Below, piece by piece: positions 44,701 to 64,000 of a DNA stretch of 64,000 bases. Origin of the DNA: Balanoglossus misakiensis (Eukaryota; Animalia; Hemichordata). Position 1 is the first letter of the stretch. Each line of letters opens with the position of its first letter. Under the pieces are notes generated by a model that saw only the letters and a program-made list of their open reading frames with translations, did not search any database and was not told the origin of the DNA. The translations under genes were made by a program, and so were the position numbers. The stretch is from positions 1-64,000 of the forward strand of contig CM082588.2 in the NCBI GenBank assembly GCA_040954595.2. The letters are read 5' to 3'.

Positions 44701-47700
44701 AGAAATAGCATCAGTGATACGGGTGCTCATATTTCATAATAAACACAGGTATGTATGATATGTTGCTCACTGTACTTTACATCTAACCAAAGCTTCTAAA
44801 CAGGAACTACTATGGTTCTGTGAGCATTACAAAATCTCCAAGAGAAATGAAAAGGGACATTACGGTAGTTTTAAAATCCTCTTTCTCCCAGTCGTAATAC
44901 ACAGGAAGCTACCATGGGTTTGGCACACAAAACTACCAAGTCTGGATTTGTTGCAATCTGTCATGGATTTCCCATAGGGTACTTTGACAGAGTAAATAAG
45001 ATTGCACCAGTATTGGGTGACAAGTAATTAAGATTTGGGTAATTAAAATAACCGGTGCCTGGGTAAGTCATTAAAACTTGCACTTTGGCAGCCATAAGTG
45101 GTTCATACTTGTTACGACTTGGGATTTTTAACTTTTTGTTTTACTTTCCGGATTTTTGTTCTGTGTACCAAAGGCAATTTTTTTATTATTCATTGGTGAG
45201 GATTCACCACTCGTGGCTTAAGCGAGGAAATGACAAGTAAAGTGCATTGCTTAAGTGCTCAACATCTTGGCCATGTCTACGTCTGGAACCCACAATCCCC
45301 TGATAGTGAGATTGTTACCTTTACCACTGGACCATGATACTCTCTAATTTACACATGAATACAGCTATTGGACCATTAAAAAAATATGCTGATTCCACAC
45401 ACCTGATTATTTTTGCCTTGTTGCTGCTGTTGTTGCTTCTTGACAGGTTTCTTCTGAGGTGGCACTTTACTCTTCTTTGATTTGTTCTTTTTGCCTTTTC
45501 TCTTTTTTTCCCAAACTTTGGGTTTGTTTTTGGTTGGTCTGGGAGAATCAGTCTGGATAAAAAAAAATGCATGGAAAACTAGCCTCAGATTCAGATACTC
45601 TGTTGATGGACATTGCATGAAATTAAGTGAATAGTCATTGCCCATAATCATCCCTATATCAACAAATCCAATGTAATATGGAGTTCAGCTGCCGCACAGC
45701 ATCCGATAGCAGTCACAGTCTTGTCATATAGAGAAGATATCCAGTTGCTTTTTGTCATTTTTTATGAGGGAAAAGTACAAATATTCTGAGGTTTGACTAA
45801 AGCCATCGCTTTCTACAGTAAAAAGGATTTATACAGAGAGAAACAGGGGTGAAAGCATTAATTATCACTTAAATATTTGTTGACTTTCAGGCCTAAGGGT
45901 TCCAGTCAACTAGATGAGACTTTCTATCACTAAGTTGGACAAAGGAAAATTTAGATGTAAACTTACTCTTTCTACTTCTTCTTCTTCCACAATGCCCGAA
46001 TCTCCATTGTCTTGTTCAAATAATGACTGTAATACATAAAATGAGATTAGAATTTTTACTTGCTTTTATCACAAACATAAATCCTGCAAATAGAAAGATC
46101 CTTTGGGTATGTGCAATACTTACTTCCAAGGTGTTACGTTTCAATACAACGGTGACCGTCACAATATCACCAGCCCCAATGATGCCACCATCCACATCAT
46201 CCAGTACTGGAACAAAAGGAATGAAATCTTGCATAAGGTAGAAAGGAATGTTTTCATGGTTGCATGGGGGGGGGGGGCTGGAAGTAGATACTGCTGGGTT
46301 TGTAACTAATGTGAGGATGTGAAAAGCTATATCAGATTAAACTGTTTGAACTCACTGTAAAGTGTCGGGGTGCTTCAGAATGAGTTTCAATTTAGACTAA
46401 CTGGTTTAATGTATATGTAGGGACAGAATAAAATGAAGTTCCATGTTGCAGACTGCTGGTGGAGTGAAGTCACCATTCAGTGTGTCTGACATTGAGATAC
46501 AATTTTGCCGTGCTTGACAATATAATTTTTGATCTCTTCAAAGCCTGTGTTAGTACATACTGCATACTGATACCAGGATACACAGCCATACACAAGTCAA
46601 GACAGTGAGCAAGTTCACAACTCTATTTTAAACCATATCCAAGGATGCAGACGACCTTACCTTCAATTTTAACATCCATATCCACAAGTGGCATTGCTGC
46701 CAGTACGTTTACGACATCATCATATTTATCATCAAGGTTTCTTAATAATGCCTTTCGGTCAACTTCCTTCATACTGGCCAAAGAACGCAAATTACGAATA
46801 TTTCGCTACAAAGTAAAAATAAAAACAAAATTAATTTCCCCAAACTTTCATGCTAACAAACATCATCTACTGTTCAAGTGAAACAATGGTATCCAGAAAC
46901 ATAAGCTTGGGAGTCTATTCATAAAAATATGGTTTCCTGTTTTACCTTCTTGGTCATAAAATGCCTCAGAACTTCTTCATTGAAATGTGGTAGCTGCAGA
47001 AGAGATGATTTGTGTTCACTGCTTCTTTGTACAATCATCTGGCTTAGTTTCATACAGTTCTCAACGGTTTCCAAAGTTGGTTCTCTTTGTACTGATGGAA
47101 AGACAAAATAATGGAATTTTAATAGTCTACTATCATCACCTTGTTTTTACCCAAATATGAGACTCTGAGTACATTTAATTATCATCATTTGAAATAAACT
47201 AGTTTGTCTCAGTTGTTGAAAATTTTCTTGAATTCCACAGCAAAATAAAGGAATCATTGGACATAAGGTACACCAATTGTTCATGAAGGGGGGGGGGGTG
47301 ATTGTGAGCACATCCACAAGTCCAAGCTCATACACTTGTAGTTTTTATGATGGATTGTGCTAGTAGTTTTTTTACTGTAGCGGATGAGCAAATTTTAAAA
47401 AGGCTAGTTAAAACTGGAGCTGTGCAAGCAAGGTTTTTCTTTGCTATTTGGTTGGCAGCTAGTGAAGCTGAAAAGAATTTGAAGCATGATTTAAGCTCAT
47501 GCCTTTCACATAAATGTACTCAAATTGGTTTGGGTTTTATTTACCTACCTCTGCCAGCATGGGCATAGAGAACCAATTGTGTGATCACACTTATCATTTC
47601 ATTTAATAACATAGGGCATTTCTTCAGGATGTAATCTTGATCTGAAATAAAAACAATGTCATTTGCAACAATAGTGCCGTGATTCAAAAAAGTTGTACTG

Positions 47701-50700
47701 CCATTAAGCACTGGCAAAAATAACCTGTGCAATACAAAGGTCTGCTATTCAGTTTAGCTGAGTTTTACTCTATCTTGTACATATGTGTTTATAATGGTGA
47801 CCTTCCATGTTTATCAAGTTAGCTGAAATGCACTGCAAGAGTTGGGAACTGATGAAATTTACCTTTTTGCAGAGTCTTTGGAGGCAAGTCTTTCTTAGCC
47901 AAGTGTGCATGTACAAGAGCTCTGGCTTTCAGTGCATATGGATAGCACATGGGTTTCTCCTTCAATTTCTCGTTGATGCCACTAAGGTCTCGAATCAACT
48001 GTACGCGGAGGAAAACAACAGAAATGCCAAATGAAACCCTTTACTACAATTGGTGTTAGAAATGAGTAAGAATTACTGTAGCACTTAGTATCAGTTGGTC
48101 TTGGACAAAACTTGTATGAGGTTCTAAACACACTCATAGACTTATGCATCATGAGCCAAATTATATTTGTTATAAAACTGCTTGGTACCAAGTGTAGATT
48201 TTTTGCTTATAGAAGACACTGCATAGATGAGACAGGAAGGCTATGAGAATTGTTAACTTACAGCAGGGACTTCATCATTGTCACTTGGTCGATATTCCAC
48301 TTCATTATTGTGGCTTTTCTCAAACTCCCATGCTGCTGTAAGAATCATGATGACACCTGTAAAGTAAGTAGGAACACAATTATAACCTTCAAGAAAGTTT
48401 GAATATATTTTTCCATTCGGATGCACAAAGCTGTCAATAATACATTACTATAATGTATTGTATTGTATTTCTTTATTACTTTGTAAAGCATACAGGTATT
48501 TCTACATATTAATAGGTATCCTACATAAATACACTTAAAACAGTCACACTTACGTTTCACTGGCATGGTTGGCGTTTTATGAAAGAAATAAAAGAAAAGT
48601 TGTGTTGTATCCAGTAGAATCTGATCTGCACTGAACTTAATGGACCGATACCACCAAGTGCCCTGAAATAAAGAGCAATACATAGATCAATCCATCATTC
48701 ATTTCTCTTTGATAAAATGTGAGCCTGGGTATTAAAACCCAGTGATTTAAATCCAAAAACAAATTACTGTGACAGTTTTGACATTCTGTATTATATATAT
48801 ACACACAAGTATTATTGATACTTTTAGAAATTATATGAAAGGAAACAGAACGGGATCTTTTGGAGAACGTCTGAAAAATGCACTTCAGTGCAATTTGCAG
48901 AAGTCCTTTTTTGCATGCCAATCTGGAAATGTTATATTTCCCAGGTTTACATGTGATACATAGGCATTCAACTACTCCCGTAATCAGATATCAAACCACA
49001 GTTTTTCTCATGTGAAAATAGCATTTAAAGTTTCCAATCAAGACATTAATACTTCAAAGGAACTTACCACTACTGCTGGTAATATGACCATGAATGCTAC
49101 GCCATACGCTGCTAATACCTGAAAATACACCATCAGAACCACAGTAATTATTAATAGCACCACTATGTCATTTTGATGACTGTCACAGTGTACAAAATTA
49201 GGCAGTTGAAGAAATCTGTAACTGTTCAATTTATACACTAGAGTTAATTTTGACTTTTGATTTTAAGTCTGGATCATCGTTGTGTATTTGGTATGTCCTT
49301 TCTTGGGAAAACATAGGCATATTGGCTTTGAAACACACAAGTTTTTCTGGGTACACTGAAACTGAAGGCACAAGAGAGCATCATCAAACAAAAGAAACGT
49401 TATCTACACTATCTCTATTACACTATTTTTAGTGTCAAAAGACTTTCAGATTAAGATCATATAAACTTACAAGACAAAACACTTACCCACATAGAATTCT
49501 GCTTCTCAACGATCCAAGCTGGTAATGCAATACCAAAACTTGTTGCTGTAAAGACAAAGTCCAATTATTTAGGTTCAAAAAACCTGTAGAAAGTTTTCTC
49601 TATCATCAAAATGGTCTCATTAAAGAAGAATCAAAGTCATAAAATTTTGAATTTCCAGAGGTCGTGGGAACATTTTCTGTGTGCGTATTGGGGCTTTTAG
49701 TGATAGCATTGGGGCCCCCGATTCTGTTTGGGCCTGGGGAGAACCCTCATCATGCAAAATTTTGAATGAATGAGAGAGAGAAATTGCCTCAAATTTGATA
49801 TTCAATATGGCCACCAATCTCTGTGTTATCTTTCGTTACTTTTATTGAAGTTGATGGTGAAGATCCTCTTTCAAAAAAGTCAACAAGCACTTTAGGAAAG
49901 AATTTAAAAGTTTTGAAAACTGTTCTTTTTTCTGAAAATCTGCCTCTGAGGTCCATACAATAAACTCACCTTGAGGGCCGTCTGGGTTTCCATATTCCTC
50001 CCAATTTTTTTTGGCTTCTTCATCTGTCAAACTGAAACATGATTCAAAAGATGGCTAATAAGACTAGCATGCTCACCAGGGGACTGAAAATGACATGTTG
50101 AAATTGCCCACATTCAAACTGTTAGTGGAGCCCTGACAACCGGTTTAGTAACAGTTAGTTTTGCAGTATTTCCACAAAACGCAAAAACAAAGTACATGTG
50201 TGTGTAGTAAATCTTCCCACAAATTAGCCATAATGAAACAAAAGTTTTTGTTTTGAATCATTGCAATGTTGAGTTGGGCTAGAACATTTTGGGCTGACCA
50301 AGCCAATATTTTGGAAAATTTTGATACCTGGAGAAATACACTTCCCCACACATGACCCTAACCTATCCCTGTACCTTACCCGAACTAACAGGTGGGAAAT
50401 GTCCAAGAGATGTCCCCATACTTAAAGACCATCCAACCAATCCAATCATTCGGCATTCCAATGTGAAAAACAAAGCAATATCAGGAGACAGTAAGATATT
50501 TCAGTGAATGAAATGTACTCACGCTTCATAAGCTTTGGCTATCTTCATAAATGTCAGATGATCTCCGCCTTTGTCAGGATGGTGCACTCGACTCAACTGA
50601 CGATATTTTTTCTTTATCTCAGGAGTGCTTGCACCCTGTAGAATAATAACATTGTCAAAACAGAATATGTAAACATGTACCCAAAAAACAAAAGGTATCA

Positions 50701-52202
50701 TTTATTTACATTTTGAACATAAAACAATGGAATCATGTGTTGCAAAAACAATATTTATACTTATCTTTACATCACAGTATACCAGACAAGCATTACAGTA
50801 CTTTGTAATGTGGCACACACCCTAAAACTTTTTACATCTCTCAAACATGACATGTACTATTTAGAAAACAAAAGACTTTTGGGATGGATATACCCCACAT
50901 GGTAATTTTATACATGTCCACTTACCCTGTCAATTTCTAATACTTCATATGGATCAAACTCCACTGTCTCTGTTTTCACTTGGGATGCCTTGTAAGCTAA
51001 CACTAAAAAAACACTCCATGCTACCACCAAGAACAATTTCCTACAATTTAAAAAAAATGAAACGTTGACAGTTTATACAGAAAGCCTTTCATTTTCTCAA
51101 GTATATATACAATGTGGTCCATGTGGACAATCCATGGTGTCAATATAACTGTCCAGGACAGACGGATAAGCATTACCGACTTCAAGCCCTGTAAAATATT
51201 GAGAGCACTACACACCGACATTGTTGACAATAAAAATAGTCTGGACTGAAATCACTTGTGAACATATAGAATCTGGCTACACATACATTTGTATACAGGC
51301 TATGATGAGGACTCGACAATCCAGTACATTTATGGTGCAGAAAACTTTTCATTAAAACAGTAGTTATTTGTAGGACGTAGGTATTATTGCCCCAGCCACT
51401 CTTCCTCATTATTGTGGCTTACCTGAATTTGGCTTTGATGTGACCTCTGGGGTCCTTGTTTTTGAGACGGCCTCTTTTGTTCTCGCATGGCTCACAATGA
51501 CACTGTTTCTGCAATTTTTCTGGGTCATCTATAAATTTAAAATAAAAAATGAATGACACTTGTAATGGTAATGAGCATTGACCGGCTGGTTAGTTCATCT
51601 AGCCAGCTACACATAACATCTCTGAGCATAGTATTGATGTTACCCTCACCTCCGGCATCATTGGGGTTAGTCGTGTGGTGATTTATTTTGGATCGTGCGG
51701 TTCCTATTATCAACATACAACTTAGAATCCCACATGAACAAAATATGTAGTTTCATATGCTGTAAAACACACCGCCCACGTCTTGATGTGATCGATGTAG
51801 CACTGCTACTAGTACGTGTTCAGATGTCTGCAAATTGTCACCGTATGTGTTCGTTATCAAAACTTCAAAAGTGGCTGTACGATGTCAACGGGAAGTTGAT
51901 GAAAGGTAGCATTTTCCCTCCCAAATCGGACTCGATTCACAGAGCATCAGAAAAGAATACTATATAGGAAATGCGATTGTATTTCAATGATGTTTACAAC
52001 ACGTACGCGACGGTTTCCGCAATATGCTTCGAAACTCCTACTAGCGGTTAGCACAAATGGTAATCGTGGTTTTCTTACCTTTCTTTTCTTTGGAAGGCCA
52101 CACTAAATAAGTTAATGGTATGAGAATTAATGCATAAACAGAAACTACGAAATATAGAAATGCCCCGCCAGATTCATCGTACACAAATTGTGCTCTGGCC
52201 AT
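41795..52202 (-). CDS. SEC63: Translocation protein SEC63 homolog (DnaJ-domain ER translocon subunit), 20 coding exons
   Basis: Starts MARAQFVYDESGGAFLYFVVSVYALILIPLTYLVWP; J-domain FDPYEVLEI...HHPDKGGD; WEEYGNPDGPQ; acidic tail DISDDEENKNDSDELDYTTDDEESDQD*. GT-AG exons: 52202-52079, 51528-51423, 51040-50926, 50635-50523, 50031-49970, 49545-49487, 49118-49068, 48662-48554, 48356-48262, 47998-47863, 47641-47549, 47091-46946, 46805-46661, 46206-46124, 46026-45967, 45552-45403, 44690-44412, 43524-43426, 42393-42289, 41926-41795. Confidence 0.97.
42152..42352. repeat. 100-bp tandem duplication spanning the 3' part and donor site of the SEC63 penultimate exon
   Basis: ACAAGAGTTCCCC...GTGTATTGA at 42152 and 42252; a single mismatch (42210 vs 42310). 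Confidence 0.95.
42524..43294. mobile_element. Putative non-autonomous DNA element in a SEC63 intron (terminal hairpin plus 21-bp inverted repeats; Crypton-like layout)
   Basis: Long fold-back 42524-42640; TTATCACATCCATAGATCCGC (42643-42663) is a 19/21 inverted match to GCGGAGCTATGTATGTGATAA (43274-43294); more CpG-rich than the flanking intron. Family assignment is from recollection. Confidence 0.6.
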
Positions 52203-52614
52203 TTTGATCCACGCTTACGCTGAGGCGGAAGTGACGTTTATTGTAGTACAATATTCCACAGGAAATAAATAATATAATGGACAGAAGCATTATTCCTAGA
52301 AGGATAAAAATAATAAAAAGATTAATAGAAAAATAACCAGAATTTTACCATATACATGATTTTATGTAAAGAACATTATGAAATTGTAATGTCCTGGGTT
52401 TTATCGAGCGCCAGATTCGGCAGGCTGACAATCAGGCAGTACACACGCCCTGCCAGCTCCGGTTTATGTTTATTTGAAGGTTCAATATATTTAACTATTT
52501 TATAGTAATTAATCACTAAAAGTGTCACTCATAAGGCCTAAAACAGGACGGTCCCACGGATGGCCCGATATTTGGTCAGTGCGCCACCAACTGTTGCGGA
52601 GAGATACAACCAAA
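52203..52614. promoter_or_regulatory. Bidirectional promoter between SEC63 and CDK5RAP1
   Basis: 412 bp between divergent ATGs; overlapping ETS/CRE-type motif GCGGAAGTGACGT at 52225-52237; both start codons lie in CAAAATGGC (YY1-like). Confidence 0.75.
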
Positions 52615-55600
52615 ATGGCGGCCTCCATGAGAGGCTTTGCGTGTTTACGTGCTGGCCACCGATATTGGTTGTCGACGAAGAGAACGATGAGAAAGGGTAT
52701 TCATGTGGTATTTAGAAATCAGATTACATATTTGGACCTGTATAACACGAGGAATGTATGCGGGACCGGTTGCCAAACTCAGAATACAAAACCGGCTTCC
52801 CGTCCTTCGGAAAACACAGATTTTTCTCTAAAGTTGAAGAACGGACCACCATTGGAACATTTCATAGCCAACTCTGACCTCCACAAGAAGCTCCCAGTGA
52901 AAGGAGATGCTGAAAATGAGAATATACCATATTTGCCGACAGATGTTCTGGCGGGCAATGGCAGGAAAAGTAAGCTTAGGTGACCGGAACGATGTCGTCA
53001 TGTGAGCTGGACTGAGGTCGTCAGCAGGTCGTTCGAGGACACACATTGAGACAAGTCATGAAACCAAATCCCAGTTCACAGATGCATTGCCAAGTTCGGT
53101 AGATGTTTTCACTCGCACAAAGGCGAAATTTAGTCAATAAATCGGCATCGATACCACCCATTCCATGTCAAAATTCATACCTGCTATCCTACTTGCCCAT
53201 TTGTAACGATCTTCCGTGTGTTTTGGGGCGATTTGGGACTACACGTTCTACACGTGCAATCCACTTTCCAGCTACCTTCAGCTAAAAGATGGAAAGTACC
53301 GCGGCTGTGATTGGTTCCCGACCTAAGATATGCGTTCGTTTGAAACATTTAAATCAGCCTGTCATAGAAATTAGAATACATTATAATTTATTACATTGTT
53401 CTGCTGTCTATTAGGCATAACTTTACTGTTAAAACAGACATAAATTTTCATGCATTGTAAACATGGCAAGAGCATAATCAAGCCATAATACCACTCTGCA
53501 ATGAAAAGGAGATGAAAAGATTCAAAGCATTGTGGTTGTATTTGTTATTTGCAGTATATTTTGAAACCTATGGCTGTCAGATGAATGAGAATGATACAGA
53601 GATTGCATGGTCAATTCTCCAAAACTCGGGTTTCATGAAAACCTCTGATGTACATGAGGTAAGCCAGATGTTACAATTGATCATAAATGTTTGTGGTTTT
53701 ATGTAAAGATCAAAAGCAGCAGCATGATTGTTGATGTCATTGTCATCATCATCATCTCATCCCTTGCCTATGTATTTGACTACACAAAGTTTGGTCGCTG
53801 TTATGTTGACAAAGTTTGGTTGACTCCATAGGCTGACGTCATATTTGCTGTCACGTGTGCTGTAAGGGAAAATGCTGAGCAGAAAGTGTGGAATAGGTTG
53901 AAATACTTTCAAGCTTTGAAGAGGAAGCGACTCAAAACCGAACTTCCTCTGAAGATAGGTGTTCTTGGTAAGTATTTTCAGTACATCATTTGTACAAACA
54001 TAGATGGTTTTGGCTTGTAATTCATAATGGAATAGAATTCAAGCATTGAGTCTGTCACTTGAAGGGTGTGTGCCGTGTCATCAAATAACACCACATGTTG
54101 TCTTTTCCAGGTTGTATGGCAGAAAGGCTTAAACAGGAAATTTTAGAGAAGAACAAGGCAGTTGATTTGATAGCTGGGCCTGACGCTTACAGAGATTTAC
54201 CCAGAATGTTAACTGTGACTGAACATGGACAGCTAGCTATCAATGTCCTCCTGTCCCTGGAGGAAACATATGCTGATGTTATCCCAGTCAGGATGAATAC
54301 AAATGCACTATCAGCTTTTGTGTAAGTCCAAGACCAGAATTCATATGTTTTGCACAAGATAACTTGCAACTGATACTTAAGCAGAATGATTGCTAAAAAA
54401 ATATCATGCAGAGTCAGTGTCTTTCATGTTAACCCTTTGCACCCTCCCGGTTACCTGTGACACCGCTCAGAAGTTTTCTTTGGAGTTGGGTTTGTGTCAG
54501 AGTTTTCGCTAATGAGCAAGACTCATTACAAACCAATTACAAGGTAAAACTTTTTTTAAAGTTATTTTGGCTATAGATATTTTCTCATTAATTGCAGGTC
54601 CATTATGAGAGGGTGTGACAATATGTGCAGTTATTGCATAGTACCTTTCACCCGGGGACGGGAGAGAAGTCGGCCTATCAGTTCAATTGTTGATGAAGTC
54701 AGGGTACTTTCTGATCAGGTAAGTTATCATTTTGTCTTGCCTACCAGCCTTAGGTTAGAGGTCTGATGGTACCATATCCAAAACTAAGCAATGGTATTTG
54801 ACGGGAATGCGACAGGGAAGTTTCCTTTAATTCTTATTTTGTTGAAATGAACTAATACAAGAAAATGCTCTCAATCCAAAGCCAGACTGCTTAATGATGA
54901 TGATGATGATGATTTATTTTTATTTTGTTGTGCAGGGAATGAAAGAAGTAACATTGCTGGGTCAGAATGTGAATAGTTACAGAGACATGTCAGAAATCAA
55001 ATATTACAAATCAATTAAAGGACACCATGACAACGCTACTAATTTGAGCAAGGGGTTTCGGACCATTTACAAACCAAAGAAAGGCGGATTACGATTTGCA
55101 GAGCTTTTGGACAAAGTCTCCCAAGTTAATCCAGAAATGAGGATACGATTCACATCTCCCCATCCCAAGGATTTCCCAGATGAAGTAAGTTTCCTAGTTT
55201 TCTTTTCCCACACTTGTTAGTCAGTGTGTTGCTTCATGAAGCTATTACCATTGTCAGTTCAGTGCTAACAACTTCAGTACCATTGTCATCAATTCTACAG
55301 CTCTGGACTTGCATAAGCATGCATGCGTATTTTCACAGGTACTGGACATAATCAAGGAAAGGCCAAATATCTGCAAACATCTTCACTTGCCAGCACAGAG
55401 CGGTAATACAGAGATTTTGAAAAACATGAGACGAGGGTAGGTACTGTTGTCATTAGAGAAAGTCTGGGAACATTGATGTATTTGTAATCATCAACATTGA
55501 ATTGTGTGTCGGGTCAAAATTAAATGGTTTATACATACACACTCCTGAAATATATTTTTGACCTCTAGAAGTGGAGAAAATCTTTAGAAAAGTTGTGGAA

Positions 55601-57030
55601 TTATGAATAAAGTTGATAATGATATACCCTAGTGTTAGATTATTTGTGGATATAAAGATGCAAGAAAATCTCTGGGGTATAAGATATCACACACATCAGA
55701 ATCCCTGGAGACATTCAGTTCCAAGATGTCATTTTCTTTTCAAAGGTATTCTCGCGAAGCCTATCTAGAGTTGGTACATCATGTTAGAAACAGAATACCA
55801 AGTGTGGCACTGACTAGCGATTTCATCGCAGGGTTTTGTGGTGAAACCCAAAAGGCCCATCAAGATACCCTGTCACTACTTCGTCTTGTAAAATTTGATT
55901 TTGTGTATGCTTTTGCATATAGTATGAGAAAGGTGGGTAATACATGTATGTAAATTTTAAAGTGACATAATTGGAAGTTATTACACAAAAATTGGCCGAT
56001 ATCTCTTTGTATTTGAGTGATGTGGCCATATCTTGAGAATGCAAAGTGATAAATTTACATGAGTGCAAATCACTCGATCACAAGGCTTGTATCAGGAAAA
56101 CACATTTTCAAAAACATTTCTGGTCATACAGAGAATATTCTGTATTATCATTTATGAAAATACATAATTCATAGCTCCTATATTACAACAGTAGCATGGT
56201 GTCAAATAATTAACTTCAGTTTGTTTTTGTAATTGATCTTTGACGCAGAAAACACATGCCTATCACAAGATGGATGACAATGTTCCATACGATATCAAAA
56301 TAAGCCGACTGACAGACATATTGGAATTATCCAGAGAAGAAATGTTTAACGCCAATAATGCAAGAATAGGAACACAGCAATTGGTGCTAGTCGAAGGGGT
56401 AAGGTCATAGATTGTCACAGCAATAAGATAAATAGAACAAATTCACCCACATCTAACATTTCATGTACTTGGGCCTGTACTTGCAAATAAAGTTAACAGA
56501 GTGCTTCTCATAATTGTCTTTGTGACAGCCAAGCAAGAAGTCAACCGATGATTTAGCAGGCAGGAGTGACTGCAACACGAAAGTCATTTTTCCAAATGTT
56601 GAAATACCATGTGACATGGAGTCTACCAATCACCGACCAGTTAATGTTGGGGATTATGTTGTTGTTTGTGTAAGTAATTTTGACTTTTATGTAGAATTTA
56701 TCAGAGACCTGTGAATCACTTACTGAAAATGTTCTAGTATTTGCCAATATTTTGGCTGAATAAAGATTTTTTCAAAAATGAACTGAGATTTTTCATGAAA
56801 TAAAACTAAGAACAGAGTTACCAAAATTCTTTCCTGTTTTGATTTTGTTTTAGGTCAATGACTGTACATCACAGGTGATGAAGGGAATACCACTCTACCA
56901 CACTACACTACAGGAATTCTCAAAACATCAACAGAATCAGCCATGTCTCCAACAACTCAGGAAAGCTAATCTGCCATTTTTACATTTTGGATACCTGCCC
57001 GGTGTGCAAGATCCTGTTGTGGATAGATAG
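52615..57030 (+). CDS. CDK5RAP1: Mitochondrial tRNA methylthiotransferase CDK5RAP1 (MiaB-like radical SAM), 11 coding exons
   Basis: Arg-rich presequence [16 protein letters not shown]; [27 protein letters not shown], radical-SAM motif [56 protein letters not shown]-like C-terminus. Exons: 52615-52969, 53555-53658, 53832-53967, 54111-54321, 54598-54718, 54936-55184, 55339-55436, 55746-55932, 56249-56398, 56529-56669, 56854-57030. Confidence 0.97.
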
Positions 57031-57617
57031 CTCACCAGTTCGGGGTGGGAGTGGTGGCTGACCAACTGACACTAGTTATGCGCTGTATGTGTTCGTGTGT
57101 AATATAATATAATGAAATGGTGTGTATATTTTCCGAGGAAAAGTCACCCCAATAATGACAGTGCTAAATGCTTCGCGATTTATGCATTATGCTACAATTA
57201 TATTAGAATACGGTCCTTAAAACAAAGCAAATGCTAGTACGGTGCCATGCGATCAATTATCACTGGTCAAAATGCCAATCCTGGACCACAGTATCAAGTT
57301 CTCATATATATCCTGCTGTTTTTGTTACATTAATAAAATGTAAGATTTCTTTGTATCATATGTTGGTTACTAGTAAAATAATTTCATATAGTCAATAAAA
57401 TTATTTAACCAAAGCTGCAGGAACATGTATATATTTTTTGTATAGGCTCTCACTTCGGTGATACTGCTACATTGATAAACGATTTTAAAATTACTATGAT
57501 TTCGTTGATGATTGGCAAAATCCGATAACCACACTGCCACGGTTCAGTATTACTGATGTATTTGTACCAATGTTTCGCCAAGTGATGTATCACCAACATC
57601 CGAAGATATCATGGATA

Positions 57618-64000
<6,383 letters not shown>

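Overview
Left end of an animal chromosome (TTAGGG telomere; intron-rich genes, probably an invertebrate). Telomere to interior: ~2.25 kb (CCCTAA)n; a 70-bp telomere-variant array; two homologous CpG-rich 46-bp satellites (A ~2 kb; B ~22.6 kb with higher-order repeats); a 1-kb unique segment interrupting the satellite in register; a duplicated ~0.9-kb element, one copy carrying an inverted (TTAGGG)n tract; a ~21-copy 279-bp array whose unit reads as an exon+intron on the minus strand; microsatellites and a LINE remnant. Three genes follow: SEC63 (-, 20 coding exons) head-to-head with CDK5RAP1 (+, 11 coding exons), then the 3' part of an atypical soluble guanylyl cyclase (-) ending in a CaaX-like motif. 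Nearly all ORF-track entries before 41 kb are repeat artefacts. Coordinates were read by eye; no searches were run.
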